In this document: positions 46,469 through 59,067 of the stretch, piece after piece
How the letters are laid out: each line of letters begins with the position of its first letter
Position numbering within the stretch: the stretch's first letter is position 1
NCBI GenBank assembly: GCA_054600435.1
Contig: BAAIJX010000003.1
Location: 682,001 to 746,000, forward strand
Reading direction: 5' to 3'
From: Neophaeotheca triangularis
Taxonomy: Eukaryota
Length of the DNA: 64,000 nt
Position numbers and translations under genes: made by a program
Notes under the pieces: generated by a model
Told to the model about the DNA's origin: nothing
Databases searched by the model: none
What the model saw: the letters and a program-made list of their open reading frames with translations, nothing else

Positions 46469-47776
46469 ATGATGGACGCCTCCAAGTTATCATCGACTCT
46501 TCCAACTCTACCAGTAGAGCTTTGGGACTCCATCTTTTCCTATCTTTGGTACCCGGACCTCGCCTCAATCGCCCTTACAAACAAAATCTGCCATGGACTC
46601 GTCAAAGACACGTTAGATCACCAGTTCGCTGTCTGGTCAAAATATCACCATATCCGCCACGACGTCGGCAAGCTCTTCCACAGCAGCGATAGCCGCACTG
46701 GCCGACTTTGGCCAATCCTCCTAGCTGTCCTCCGCGACCCAGCGGCTGCCCACTATGTCGAGCACCTAGACTTCTACTCTCAAATTTTGAGCACACCAGA
46801 CCCTCCCCACCCTTGGCAAAACCCTGCGTTCTCAGACAACCAGCCAGAGACCTTCGCCCCTACACCAGAAGAAACCGCCATCGTCGACCACGCGCTCCGC
46901 GGTGAGAACCTCTGGTCCCTGACCGACAACCTCGGCCGCACGCTACGCCTCCACGAAGCAATTTTAACTCACGGCTCCGAAGGTGCCATGGCAGCCTTGC
47001 TCCTTCTCAAATGCCCCAATCTCCGCTCCCTGAGTCTTCAAACCCTGCGACAGGGAACTCTGCACAACAAATGGATCCTCAAAATCCTAGGAACGCTCTC
47101 CACCTTCGCGGCCTTCAAGCCCACTTCCGGTCCACCGTTGCCGCTTTGCCGTCTCGTGAACTTTACTTGCAATCCCTACAAGCCGGACCACCGACAAACA
47201 CCACGCGGAATCTACTGGTCACAACTAACAACCTTCATGTCGCTGCCCTCACTCCGCACCCTCATCCTCCCATGTGTACAAGACTGGCGATTTGACTGCG
47301 GCAGCAGCGGAACCAGCTCCTTCGCCTGGCCGCCACATTTACCCAAATCCAACGTCCGCGACGTCGACATCCGCGACGGCACGCTGGAAAAGTCCACCAT
47401 CTTGCAGTTCGCGCGGGCCATCAGGGGACCTTGCGTCATCCGGCAAGCGTGGGGTCCCGTCGGCGAGAGCAAAGACGCCGAGTGCATGAGCCTGGCAGAG
47501 GGGGCCTGGGGTGATCGCTGGGATTTGCTCGAGATCCCTTATGCGGATGCGCCGGAGAGCGAGTGGCGCTTGGAGCTGACGCATCCTTGGGATGGACCGG
47601 GGGATCCGGTCAGGGCGCTGAAGAGGCATGGGATTAGGGAGGCGGATGAGAGACGTTGGCGGTGGCAGTGTTGTTTGGATGGCGAGGGGTGTCAGGGGTG
47701 CGTGCACTGCGTGGACGCTTGCTGCCGGGAAGAAGATCATACAGCGATGAGTGGGTGTGCAGTCGGCTGGATATGA
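46469..47776 (+). CDS. F-box protein with LRR-like repeats
   Basis: LPTLPVELWDSIFSYL..DLASIALTNK; CPNLRSLSL and LPSLRTLIL repeats; Cys-rich tail. Confidence 0.75.
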   Translation: MMDASKLSSTLPTLPVELWDSIFSYLWYPDLASIALTNKICHGLVKDTLDHQFAVWSKYHHIRHDVGKLFHSSDSRTGRLWPILLAVLRDPAAAHYVEHLDFYSQILSTPDPPHPWQNPAFSDNQPETFAPTPEETAIVDHALRGENLWSLTDNLGRTLRLHEAILTHGSEGAMAALLLLKCPNLRSLSLQTLRQGTLHNKWILKILGTLSTFAAFKPTSGPPLPLCRLVNFTCNPYKPDHRQTPRGIYWSQLTTFMSLPSLRTLILPCVQDWRFDCGSSGTSSFAWPPHLPKSNVRDVDIRDGTLEKSTILQFARAIRGPCVIRQAWGPVGESKDAECMSLAEGAWGDRWDLLEIPYADAPESEWRLELTHPWDGPGDPVRALKRHGIREADERRWRWQCCLDGEGCQGCVHCVDACCREEDHTAMSGCAVGWI

Positions 47777-48993
47777 TGCTTGACGCCGGTGAACTTGGAC
47801 TAGGCCGACGATAACGGTGCTTTATGCTTGAGATGATACCCTAGTGTTTTGGTGGATTAGTCTGGCTCAGACGAGAACTTTTTGGATCATTGAATCAAAC
47901 TTTGGACGCTCACACAGCGTAAGCTGCTCATACAGCACTTCGATACACGTCTTCGCAATTGCAGGTTCCCCCGATACGCGCACATCAGCCGTCTAGGGGT
48001 GAGGACGTTATCTGGGGGATTTAGCATACAATAAAGATTCTCCGCTTTGACGGAGAAGAAGATTGACGGTATAGCGGTAGCCTGGGGTGGAAGCAATGGT
48101 CGGCGGCATGCAGAGTAGGCTTTTGCTGCTATGATACGGTGCGCTACTTTTCTTTTGGACGGGGAGAGAGAGCCGGGGCTGGCCGTGTGTCTATAGCTCT
48201 GAAAAGGCGAGTCAAGGGGTTCGTAGACCTGTGGCATACTAGACGTAGCTGACAATGCGCTGGCTGCCGGCCTGCGTGAAAATTAAGTAGACTAACAAGA
48301 GCCAAAACGCATGGCAAGCCAAGAGCAGACGCCCCGGCGTCACGCTGTAGACACGCTGTAGTGAAAGCGACCGATGTTAAGAATATACCTGTACCTAATA
48401 CATATATCGCAGGAACGTCACCATCGTCAGCGTTCAGTCTCGGTTAGTCGGCGAGACTGCACCTTGCAACGAATGACCGGGTGCTTCTTCAATTGGTGGG
48501 CTTTCCTTTATCTTCTTAACTTGTTTGAACTAAGGTAAAGTTTGAATCTGGTTGGCAGTTGCCTTTTGGAAGCTTCTTTTTGCTCCTAAATGAATCGACT
48601 TTTCTTTCGCATGCGTGATGAGGATTTTGAGGGGATTTCCGGGTATGGTGGCTCTGGTATATCTAAATGCCCTCAGCAATGCCGGGGCACGAGGCTTGCC
48701 GTGCTTGACATGCCCACAACACGTGTGATTATGGCATTCGCATTTACGGTGAATGATTGCTAGACACCCTCACATGCGTTCACATCGCTCGAGCTTGGTG
48801 TAACAATTGCTTGGCAGTATATTTACACTCCTCTTGCGCCCAGCATTCATCTCGCGGAATGTTTCCCTCCAAGCCGTCCTTCTCCTCCAGCTGTCCGGTC
48901 ACCTATCGTCTGCAAGTTCCCTTGCACATCTCACTCATTCCTGGCTCCCCTCTCTCAAATTCAAACCCCATGCGCTGCCTTCCCTTCCTTCCT

Positions 48994-49405
48994 CTACACC
49001 TGTCCAAGCGCCTGGGCCCGCTGGTCTTCGAGTTTGGCGTAGAACATGTCGCGACGGCGGGTGGCGGGGACATGGTAGCCGTACCACCAGAAGTAGCCGC
49101 TTGCGGTACCGAGACCTGTGGAAGAGGCAGAAGTGGTTAGTTACGTGCAGACGGGCCATTGTAAGCGCTTGGGTGATGTAGGTTGTATGAGCTGAGTTTG
49201 GGCCGATTTCAAAAATTCAAGGGGCGATTGAATGATTGATAGCGCGGGCGCAGCGGGTAGGGGGCGGAGTCAGTTCGTACCGAAGGCTACGGCGAGGTCG
49301 AGGACGAGTCCTCTTCGGAGCATCTGGGGGGGTGGTTAGCTTGCCGGTCGTCTTTCCGCTTGGTCGAGGGGATGATCATACGCCAGTGATGGGTTTGACG
49401 GGCAT
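48994..49405 (-). CDS. COX9: Cytochrome c oxidase subunit VIIa (3 exons: 49405-49382, 49323-49281, 49115-48994); absent from the ORF track
   Basis: Spliced MPVKPITG|MLRRGLVLDLAVAF|GLGTASGYFWWYGYHVPATRRRDMFYAKLEDQRAQALGQV. Confidence 0.93.
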
Positions 49406-49643
49406 ATTTGCGGTGCTTGTCTTGTTCAATTGCTTTGTTCGTGGTATGCAACTCCAAAAGTGAAGCCGCGAGAGCTTGTCGTGAGGTCGCATGGAGTCTC
49501 CCGAGAGAGTGTGACCGAGTCTTGGCGCGTGATTGCGGAGAGATCCGGACTCCCGACCTCAAGCTGCAGTAGCAGAGAAGCCCAGCGAGACGACAACACC
49601 CCCCCTAACCAAGGCGATACCACCACCAAAAGCCACGAAGAAA

Positions 49644-50288
49644 ATGGCTCTGAACACAATAACCCTCCCACTCCGACCGTCTCTCTCCCCTTTCAACCCA
49701 ACCAACTTCATCTGTACCGAATGCCGCCGACACGTCTCCTCCTCACGCCGCACCAAAAAAGCCCTGCGCATCAAGCCCGCCGAAGCCTTCCAGCCCTCGC
49801 GCTCCGAGACCCAAGACCACATCATCTTCAACCCGCCCTCGTCGGCGCCAAACGTCTACCACACGCCGCAGAAATTCCTTCCCGCGAGCGATCCCCGCAG
49901 ACGCTTACACTCGCTCGCACCCACGACCCAAGCCGCAACCCCGCCCTCGACACCGGGGACTTCGAACCCACAGCGCGTGGAGGAGAGGAAGGATCAACTC
50001 CCCACGCCCCTGAGGACGCCGTATGTGAAGAAGTATCATTTGGGTGCTGAAGAGATTGCGGAGATTCGTCGTTTGAGGGAGGAGGATCCGCGTCAGTGGA
50101 CACGGGAAAGGTTGGCGGAGAAGTTTGAGTGTAGTCAGTTTTTTGTCAGTTTGTGTGCTGCTGCGCCCGCTGTTAAGGAGCAGAGGGAGCGGGAGTTGGA
50201 AGCTGTTAAGCGGAGGTGGGGGAGGAGGAAGACGGAGGCTAGGGAGGATCGGCAGACCCGGAAGGCGGCTTGGGGGAGGGATGACTGA
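49644..50288 (+). CDS. MRPL20: Mitochondrial ribosomal protein L20 (mL58)
   Basis: FNPPSSAPNVYHTPQKFLPASDPRR, KKYHL..EIRRLREEDPRQWTRERLAEKFECS. Confidence 0.9.
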   Translation: MALNTITLPLRPSLSPFNPTNFICTECRRHVSSSRRTKKALRIKPAEAFQPSRSETQDHIIFNPPSSAPNVYHTPQKFLPASDPRRRLHSLAPTTQAATPPSTPGTSNPQRVEERKDQLPTPLRTPYVKKYHLGAEEIAEIRRLREEDPRQWTRERLAEKFECSQFFVSLCAAAPAVKEQRERELEAVKRRWGRRKTEAREDRQTRKAAWGRDD

Positions 50289-50902
50289 GTTTGGGGTCTG
50301 AGTTCTGAGTAGAGGAGACATGGTTATTGCGTGGATGTTGAGTGTAACTGGTCGCTTTCAAGACGGCGAAGGCGGTCGAGGAAGGTGTGGATCTCCCAAT
50401 CGCCAGCCAGCAGAGCATAGCTGTGAGTGGGCGAATGTAGCAATATGAAAGGCAGGAAGCTGCGGATCAAGAAACGGGGCCGTTGACTAGAGCACTGTCC
50501 CTACGGTATTTGATACTCCGGCTTGGAGGGAAGCGATTCTGTCTGGTTGCAATAGGGACCCGTCGATACTGTAGACATGGGTATGGCGAAAATATCACAG
50601 TGGTCTGTGTACAATATTGAGTCTTTACATTAGAATTCCAAAAGCAGCTGCACCAAAGGCTCCTCAATCGATTACTAATTACCGGCGTCTTCGACCGTGA
50701 TGAATCTACGTACTGGTACTGGATTTACTAACGAGTATCCGCCGAAAGGCATCTGGAATGACTGGTAAGCGCCGTGATGGCCGCGGATATATCGTCCAGG
50801 AAGTAAACCTTGTGGATCTTCCTTCTAGACAAATCCCGAACGGCAGCGTGAAAGGGCGAAAGAACGTAGCGCGAACGATGCATTCCAAAAGACCTCTCAA
50901 AC

Positions 50903-52646
50903 CTAACACCTTACCTCCACCCCCTCCTTACTAACAGTCAAATACTTAACGCCCTTATACGGCTTAACCTCCGGGCCCAACCCGCGACTCTTCTTCGTAT
51001 CCAATAACAAGCTTTCGACTTTCAACCCACTGGGCAACCAGCCCTTGACACTAAACGACAGCGTGGCAGAAGTGGGCATGAGCTCGCGATTCTTGGCCGT
51101 GTTCTCGGCGTCAGAAACGCCATTGAGAGCGGACTTGAAAGACTTTGTGCCGGGGACTTCTTGATAAGCCGCAGGACCGTCTTCGTCATAGTCGTAAGTT
51201 GAGGCGCTCATGCTGTTGACCGCTCCGCTGCTGCTGTCGTCGGGGTTTTCGTCCAGCGGGCCGACGACGGTGCAGCGGAGTACGGCGCCGGAGGCTGTGA
51301 GGTCTTTGGCGGGGATGCGCCATTCAACATTGCCGTCGGCGGGGTTCCAGTGGGCTTCGCCGCGTGTGGGACGCAGTTCGCTGACGTTGCGAACACTCGG
51401 TGGTATGGGAATGTGGACGGCGAGGTTTTCAAGAGCCGGGGCTTTGGAGTCGCCTGAGGCGCCGGCTCGGAAAGCGCCAGCGCGGGTGCTGAGATTGGAT
51501 TGTAGGGATGCTGCGGCGGCGGAGCGGGAGCCTGAGCTACTGGTTGAGGGCAGGGAAAGGCGAACTTCGAAGTCGGTGCCGTTGGAACCTAGGCCGGTTT
51601 TCATTTCGATCGTGGCGGGGAGGTTGAGGCTGTTGCTTGTGTTTTGGTTGTTCGTCAGGGTGAGGGATGCCTCTGGGCCGAGGAGATCTGTTTCGTAGCC
51701 GCAAAGGGCGAAACGTCCGTCGGGTGGTATGAAGGACATAACACCTTCGCTTTTCCATTTGCTTAATCTGACGCATGGATGGAAGACTGCCCTCTCCATT
51801 ACCTGACGTAATTGGTCCCCTCTATTAAACATGCCGCCTCCCTTTCCTCCCGTAGACATTGTAAGCAGGAGATCAGGCGTCCCCGACACCTTGCTCGTAA
51901 AAGCAACGCTACCATACGCAAACGCCGAAAGTGGTCTCCCAGAGGGCGCAAGCGTGACCTGCAGTGATTCGACCACGTCCACATACAGCTCATTACTCGT
52001 ATGCCTGACATTACTCCTCCGCCATGGGATAGCCGTGCCCTGGTTCTGCGGTGGGGGTTGCCGCTGCATTCCACTCCCAAAAGCTGTGTTACTCCCAGAC
52101 CCCGCTCCCAGCGCTGGTGTTGTTCCCGGTAGCCCGCCGAGCAAGTTTTTGAGCACACCCGGTCCAGTCTCGACAGAGTCGCGCAGAATGTTGGCCTCGC
52201 CTTGACAAATGACACCCGCGTCGGCCATTTCGGCCAGTATTTGCGCTACTATGTCATAGTTTGCGGCGATCTTGCTGGCGAGGAGAGGGCTTCCGAGGAA
52301 CTCCTCTAGGGCGTCGGCTACCCGGTGTAGGAATTCGAGGATTAGGAAGGGTTCGACGTCTGTGGAATTTGGCGCGAGGAATAAGAGGTTGTCTTGTATG
52401 ATCGAGAAAAGCAGCGTTGGAGGGTTGGTGGAGGACAGGTATATCAGGCTAGGGCGAGGTGAGGGGTGCTGAAGGTAGAGAGGCAGGAGAGTAGAGGGTG
52501 CTGGAGGGCGTCCGTTGTAGACATGGTCTAGCACGGGGTTGCTGATGAAGTAGTGTCAGATAAAGGAGAGCATATTGGCTAGGGATACAGAATGTACTTA
52601 CGTACTTGTGCTCGTCGAATATGTAGATTGCCTCGATGGCGGCCAT
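50903..52646 (-). CDS. APM3: AP-3 adaptor complex mu subunit (intron 52542-52605)
   Basis: IEAIYIFDEH, LEFLHRVADALEEFLG, IPWRRSNVRHTSNELYVDVVE, FHPCVRL, SFIPPDG, KPYKGVKY. Confidence 0.92.
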
Positions 52647-53093
52647 GTTGGCTGTGGATCGAGTGAGTCTGGTGATGTTGTGCGCCTACTTTTCACGGCC
52701 CCCACATGGCGCTATTAACTTAAAAGGGGTGTTTACCGTTTGAAGGTGCGTCTGTTTCTTGTAGCAAAGATCAAGTGGACCTAATCAGCGTGAGGTGGTG
52801 TGGCTGTCTCGAGGTGAGGTACATGTCGAGCCCTCCCGAATTTGGGCCTCTCAGCATTGTATAGGGACAATGCGAATACACGGGTGTGTCACGCCCACAA
52901 AACATTGAAATAGGGCCATATCTTGATGGATCTAATACGCTTATTGTTTGAATCACTATCAACCGATTACATGAAGTTTATGGCCTTCAATGATTCTCCA
53001 TTTAGAGAACAGATGGGCACAGGAGCTCGTGTTCAGTTCGAACATCGCTGATTCACCTCAATTCTGAGTTGCGGTTCATACCAGTGACTCCGC

Positions 53094-54530
53094 CTACATA
53101 CCAAGTCCAAAGACAGCACCAAGTATTGCCACAAGCGTCCCCGTAGAGCTGATAGTCAACCCAACGGCAGCATTATCAGTCTGCTGCACCGGTTCCTGCA
53201 AAGTCTGCGTAGGTACCGCCGAGCCGATCACTGTAGGAGTGCCCCCAGCATCCGTGGAGTTCGAGCCGGGAGTTGCAGTGCCATTTCCAGACGACCCCGA
53301 CTCCAAGCCCGAACCACCAAGGGCTGGCACACCGTCGCTGGTGCCCTTGTTGGCGAGAATGACTTCCAGGGCACTCAGCTGCTGTCCCAATCCTTCGGAC
53401 CCATCATACTCCTGGTCGGTCCAGTCGCTGCCGCAGAGCGTGCCTTGGTCGCCACCGGTGCAGGATGCGGCAGCAGCCCTGGCCGAGGCTCGAAGCACTT
53501 GGTTGATCCTCGCGGAAGTATCGCGGGTTCCTGACTCGCTGTCTTCGTCAGACACGAGCGCTTGCACGTTGGTCAGCCCCCTTGCCGCCAACGCGAGGAA
53601 AGCGAGCTGGTCGACGTTGCAGTTGCCCTGGGGCGCGCAAGCGACCTCGTATAGAATATTGGTTTCGTCCATAACGAAGACATCGAACGCGGTGAGCAAT
53701 TTCCCCATGAGACGGAGTGTCGTGGGATCTTCAGTTGCGTTGTAAATGTATGCCAGGCCGGACAGAAGCATACCAGAGTTGCTGCTCCATTGAATGTGGT
53801 TAATTGCCGTACAGTTTCTCATGTCATCGGTGCCGTCGAAGACTTGGCCATTTTCTGATAGAAGACCTACGTCGCCTAGCCACTCTAAAGTCTCCTCGGC
53901 CCAGTCGAGATAGGTCTCATTGCCGGTAAGACTGTGGAGACGCGCCGAGAGTTCGAACAGCATGCCGTTGCTCATGGAGTTCTTGTAGTTGTACCCGGCA
54001 TTGAAAGAGAAGATCTGCCACTTCAAGCCACCGCCACAGCTTTCCTCATTCCAGCGAGCGACCTGCGATTCCCACGCATTTTGAGCAAGCTGAAGCCACG
54101 AGTCCACCCCTTCGGTCTCAGGAAAAGGAAAGTCGCGCTCCGCCGCCGTGCAAGCAGCCAGTGCCCACGTAGCTTGGTCGTCGTTACCAAGCGTTTTGGA
54201 TTGATTGACCGGCATGTACTTGTCCTCTGGCCCGCGCTGGAAGAGAAGGGCTTGAGCAACCACGTCGTTGTATGAATCGTCGCCCGTTTTGGCCCAGTAG
54301 TTGACCATGGAGTCCCAAGTGAGCCCCGACTCCCACCAGTAATATGGGTCGCTGAAGAGACCGGGGATGCTGCCTTCGTCCTGTGGGTACATGTCTAAGA
54401 TATCCTCGACAATCGTCTTAGCCGCGCCGTTGATGGAGTCGGTGCTTTCCAGATCCAGGTCGATGGCGGCGGTGCATCCTGCCAGGCACACGATGCCGCC
54501 CAGGCCGAGGGACTGGGAAGAGACACGCAT
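53094..54530 (-). CDS. GH76 alpha-1,6-mannanase/transglycosidase (Dfg5/Dcw1 family), GPI-anchored
   Basis: Signal peptide, YYWWESG, LGNDDQATW catalytic DD, CGGGLKWQIFSFNAGYNYKN, hydrophobic C-terminal GPI signal. Confidence 0.93.
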   Translation of the reverse strand: MRVSSQSLGLGGIVCLAGCTAAIDLDLESTDSINGAAKTIVEDILDMYPQDEGSIPGLFSDPYYWWESGLTWDSMVNYWAKTGDDSYNDVVAQALLFQRGPEDKYMPVNQSKTLGNDDQATWALAACTAAERDFPFPETEGVDSWLQLAQNAWESQVARWNEESCGGGLKWQIFSFNAGYNYKNSMSNGMLFELSARLHSLTGNETYLDWAEETLEWLGDVGLLSENGQVFDGTDDMRNCTAINHIQWSSNSGMLLSGLAYIYNATEDPTTLRLMGKLLTAFDVFVMDETNILYEVACAPQGNCNVDQLAFLALAARGLTNVQALVSDEDSESGTRDTSARINQVLRASARAAAASCTGGDQGTLCGSDWTDQEYDGSEGLGQQLSALEVILANKGTSDGVPALGGSGLESGSSGNGTATPGSNSTDAGGTPTVIGSAVPTQTLQEPVQQTDNAAVGLTISSTGTLVAILGAVFGLGM

Positions 54531-55499
54531 TTTGTTAGGAGAAAGTAGCACAGTCTGGAAGAGATGTGGAGCAGTGAAACGAGAGAGATTCCAAAGCGGA
54601 ATGAGGGGGAGGCGATTGCTGGAGCGACCGCTAGAGCGACCTACCTGCCGCAGTGGTGGTATATCTTATATATATATCCTGGAGAAATAGGTACACTTGG
54701 ACATGCTAACGTGACGTCGTTTGCTGTTAGCTTCTGAAGGATCAAGAAGCTTTAGATAGTTAGTTGCTATTCTCTCGAGGCGCCGTGGAAGAGAGGTTGG
54801 TGTTCGGCCAATTGAGCATGCACAAACGCTCTCACGGCCTGGGGCCCGAAAGTTTAACTTACCTCCCTCCTGAGTCCTAGCACAAGCGCCACCTGCAGGA
54901 TTCCCCTGGCCCACGGGCATGGCTCGAAGGCTGTGCAGCTGGACCATGCTTGGCACTCATTACATGTCTGGTCACTGGTGTAACATCGAAGCTTCTTCCT
55001 TCCTTGAGACCTGTTGGCATCGGTGCTTTCACATCTGCCAGGGAGTCGACAAGGATTCGATAGCGCCTGAGCGATTCTAGTATGGCGTTGTCAAGTGGAT
55101 TGCGAATGCGAATGGAATAGCAAGCTCAATTTGAACACAAGGGGTTTCAGCCTGACCGTCGGTTCCCCGATACACAAGCTACATTTGCGCCTCCTGCATC
55201 ACCGTCCTGGTTCTCGCACTCTCGTCGTGTGTGAGCCTGCTAAAGAAGACCCAGCGTGCTCGAATTCGTGTGATTTCAAGCAAGCGCTGTGCCCCAAGCG
55301 TCGCATCGTTCCCCTTGCGGAGTAGCATGTCTGCTCAGTCGTGGTACTCGTCAAGCATGTAACGCATCTACCCTTTGTGCCATCCGCTTCAGTACGCTCA
55401 AGATGCCGCCACGTCCATGCCATGCCATGCGCTACAATTCCCGGAACGCCAAACCGCTTGCACCATGCGAGGTCGTTTGCGTAGGACGTATTTCTTAGC

Positions 55500-56633
55500 T
55501 CAGTCGAAAGCCTTGGAGTACGCCTTTTTCTCCTTGGCCTTACGGTCCGCAGCCGCCTTCTTGACAGCTGCGAGCTCGTTCTTGATACCGGCGTCGCTGG
55601 GCGCGAGCGCCTCGGCTTGCTTCAGGTACGCGATCGCATCCTCTTCCTCCTTCATTCCACCAGCTGCGGCACCCTTCCTGAAGAATGCCTTGGCCTTCTC
55701 GGCATCGCTGATCCCCTGGACGGCAATAGCCTTATCCGCAGACGCGCTTGAGTCGTTCCACTGCTTCAGCTTAGCCTGGAGGAGCGAAGAGTTGGTGTGC
55801 AGCGAGATCTTCAGCTTGCGCAGTTGCTCGCCCAAGTCTTGCGGGTCACCCTCCAGCGGCTCGGGGTACTCGTGCAGGTAGAGAAGTCCCTTCTGGTATT
55901 TCGCCAGACCGGTCTCCAGGTCCCCAGCCTTGAAAGCTTTGTTACCCATGTCCTTCAGCTCCGTAGCGATCTTGACAATGTCCACACCCTTCCACTCCTC
56001 GCCCTCCTTGAGCTGGTCCTCCGGGAATTCCTCATACTCATCTCCCATCTTGTCCGGCTGCTTCTTCGCAAACTCATTCACGTCCACGCCGGCTGGTACC
56101 TCTCCACAGTCTGCAATCTCGCACTTGCGCTGGGGTACGTCGTTCTCGCCGGTCTGCTGGTTCTCGAGTTTGCGCACAATGCTCTTGCCCACCAACACCT
56201 CGCCAAAGACAACGTGCTTGCCATCCAGATGGGGGGTGGGGACGGTCGTAATGAAGAACTGGCTGCCATTCGTGCCCGGGCCCGCGTTCGCCATGGACAG
56301 CAGGAAAGGCTTCTCGTGCTTGAGCTCAAAGTTTTCGTCCTCGAACTTCTCGCCATAGATGCTCTCGCCTCCAGTGCCGTTGCCAGCGGTGAAGTCGCCT
56401 CCCTGGATCATGAAGCTCTTAATGATGCGATGGAAGCTGGAGCCCTTGTAGTGGAGCGGCTTGCCGGACTGCCCGTTACCCTTCTCACCAGTACAAAGGG
56501 CGCGGAAGTTCTCAGCGGTCTTGGGAACGACATCGTTGTAAAGCTCGAAGACGACCTTGCCGAGGGGTGCTTTGTTGGCCGTGACATCGAAGAAGACGCG
56601 AGTGCGCTGGGGAGTGCTGCTTGAGGCGGCCAT
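55500..56633 (-). CDS. CPR6: Cyclophilin-40 (PPIase plus TPR)
   Basis: [45 protein letters not shown] starting [10 protein letters not shown]; probable start 56633, with an in-frame upstream ATG at 56855. Confidence 0.94.
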   Translation of the reverse strand: MAASSSTPQRTRVFFDVTANKAPLGKVVFELYNDVVPKTAENFRALCTGEKGNGQSGKPLHYKGSSFHRIIKSFMIQGGDFTAGNGTGGESIYGEKFEDENFELKHEKPFLLSMANAGPGTNGSQFFITTVPTPHLDGKHVVFGEVLVGKSIVRKLENQQTGENDVPQRKCEIADCGEVPAGVDVNEFAKKQPDKMGDEYEEFPEDQLKEGEEWKGVDIVKIATELKDMGNKAFKAGDLETGLAKYQKGLLYLHEYPEPLEGDPQDLGEQLRKLKISLHTNSSLLQAKLKQWNDSSASADKAIAVQGISDAEKAKAFFRKGAAAGGMKEEEDAIAYLKQAEALAPSDAGIKNELAAVKKAAADRKAKEKKAYSKAFD

Positions 56634-57539
56634 TCTGCGGTCTTGCTCGTCTGACAATACTCTAAGTCGTTTAATCTCTTCTTGTTGTTCGGCCTCCTCT
56701 CTTTGTTGGACAAGTATCTCCGACAGCGACCTGTGCGGGAATCGTGCGAGGACTTCTGGAGGGAGTGTCTGGCGAAGTGGTGGCAGGACTGAAGGCAGCA
56801 TACTCCAGTTAGTCTCATCCTCAAGGCGCTTCCAAGGGGACTCGGGGGCCTTCATCGTGTTCTACTTACCAGAATGTTGGGGCTGTAGTTGAGATGCTCA
56901 ATGTCGCTACTGTAGAAGTCCGTTAGATGGAGTGAGCTGTGTAATGGCAACCAGAAGCTGTGTACCAAGAATGCTTAACTATATTGCGGAACAGGAGACA
57001 AGAGTGATCAAGGTTGTAAATCAAGTCTTTGTTATGCGTGGGATGTGGGAGGTGTACTTTTGGGGAGCTCCAAATTGATAAATAGAGATGAAGCTGTTCT
57101 CGCAGAGAAGATTCCCGAAGTCCAAACAGCCCACTTCCCACCAAACATCATTCTTGGCAGGGTTGATGGCGGGGGGGCTGGACATTGTGGTGGCTTTGGT
57201 GCCTGACTCAATTTTTGACACTGTAGGGTGGCATAGCATTGCACTTTGCGAGAGGGGTAGAAGTCAGGTTGACGATTTGACATATGCGCTACTCTAAGTT
57301 GCAAGACCCGCCGATTGAACGCCGAGTATGCCATGCCAGAGCCTTTCACAAAAGGACAACGAGGGCTGCATGGGTGAGCGCGCCCTTTCCGCTAAGTTGC
57401 GCGAGAACTCGAGCATCCTCTTGCAATCTCGTCCATTGGGTGTCTCCTCACGCCGATGATCTTGTTAATGGACTCGCTGTCCATACCTAGCTATGAACTA
57501 GCAAGGACCGCGCGGGTGAAGAAGTCGAGCATCAATCGC

Positions 57540-58718
57540 TTAACCCTGCATTCTCTTACGCTTGCCGACTTGCGCAGAGAAACCAGTCTTGATAGCAGTG
57601 ACTGATCGCCTGGAACCACAGCTGTTGCAAGTGACGAAGTAAAGTCGGTTTTCTCCCTTGTTGAGCTCGGTATCGGGAGAGCGACAAGTCTTGCATGTCA
57701 CGTACTCCACTATAAGACGTGGTTAGCATCTCTGAGCTACTCAGGAGTTTAATCATCGATTTCAACTTACTGATGTACCGTCTCAAAACGTTCTCAATCT
57801 GCTTCTGCTGGAAGCGACCCTTGATAACCAGCCGTCTGCTTCCGTCCACGCTACCACTGGTACCCAATTCAGCGAACAAGAACTGCGTGACGTGCTCGTC
57901 TGTTCTCTTCATCCTCTTGCAGATTTCGGCAATGTTGGCAAAGATAGTCTTCTTGTTGCCTTCACGCAGACACTGCGGTGGTGGAATCTTGTAGCTCTTG
58001 CCACCGGATGAGGCGAGGTCGGGATGGCTATCGTGTAGAAGTGTGAAGAATCGGGAGAGGAGGGACTCGTAGTTGAAAGGCTTGGTCTCTTCGTGTGCCC
58101 AGATACCGGTACCCTTGACGAGATCGCCGTCCTGCACACCGGTATTATCTTTGGCGGCCGCTGGCTTTTCTTCTCCAGCCTCCTCGTCGCCGCCTTGGCC
58201 GGCTTCCGCAAGCTGCTTCTCAAAGTCGTCCTCGGGAGCCTTGACCTTCTTCTTCTTCTTTTTCTTCAGCGCACTGAGGTCGACCTCGCCATCTGCTGTT
58301 ACGGCCTCCTCCTCATCACCGTCCTCGGTCTTAGGAGCCCTCTGCTCGGTCTCTTCCTTCTTAGCATCCTTGCTCTCCTTCTTGGCCTTGCTTTTCTTCT
58401 TCTTTTGAAGACCCTCGAACATCTTCGTCACTTCGTCCATCTCTTTGTCGCCTTCTGTCATCTCAGTTGTGGCATGTGATTCCGCGCTGTCCTTCTCGCC
58501 AGACCCGGCGTTCGTCTCTGTGACTTGTCCGTCTGAGTCAACGATGGTCTCGCCGTCAGCAAAAGCTACGCTCTTGCGCGGTTTGCGCTCTGGCATCTCC
58601 TGTTGGTATGACGATTAGCGCTGCACTTGCAGTGGTCTGGTTTCCAAAGCTACGTGCGCTCTCGTCCAGTGCACTGAATATAAGGTGACGGCTCGTCAGT
58701 ACTTACTGTGTCTGCCAT
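57540..58718 (-). CDS. SUI3: Translation initiation factor eIF2 beta (introns 58600-58706 and 57710-57770)
   Basis: Poly-Lys boxes, [14 protein letters not shown], spliced [10 protein letters not shown]...CNSCGS zinc finger. Confidence 0.96.
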
Positions 58719-59067
58719 GATCGCGGGTGCGTTGTGGCGGTAGGGAGAAGTAGAAGGTTGTGCGGAGCGGCAGCGATAATACTTGTCCAGGCAGGAGCGT
58801 CACACAGTGAGGGTTGGTGAAGTCCCCGCTTGACTCAATAATTCTCAAGGGTTAGGGTTTGACCATTAAAGTTAAGGCCGAGGCCGTTCCCATAACCCCG
58901 TCGACCTACATACATGTAACTGTTCTACGACACCAAACGAACAAACGACGAACGGCTCCGACCTGCACTTATTGACCCCAGCTCTGTATGGCACATTACC
59001 AGAACCTCCGGTGACAACAATTCTTCCGTCCGCCTGCCTCGAGCTTGAACCCTCCTGACCTGCCATT

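Noticed and set aside
55797..56624. Long antisense ORFs (also 21887-22594, 40062-40715, 61699-62517)
   Set aside because: Shadow frames produced by strong codon bias of the real genes on the opposite strand
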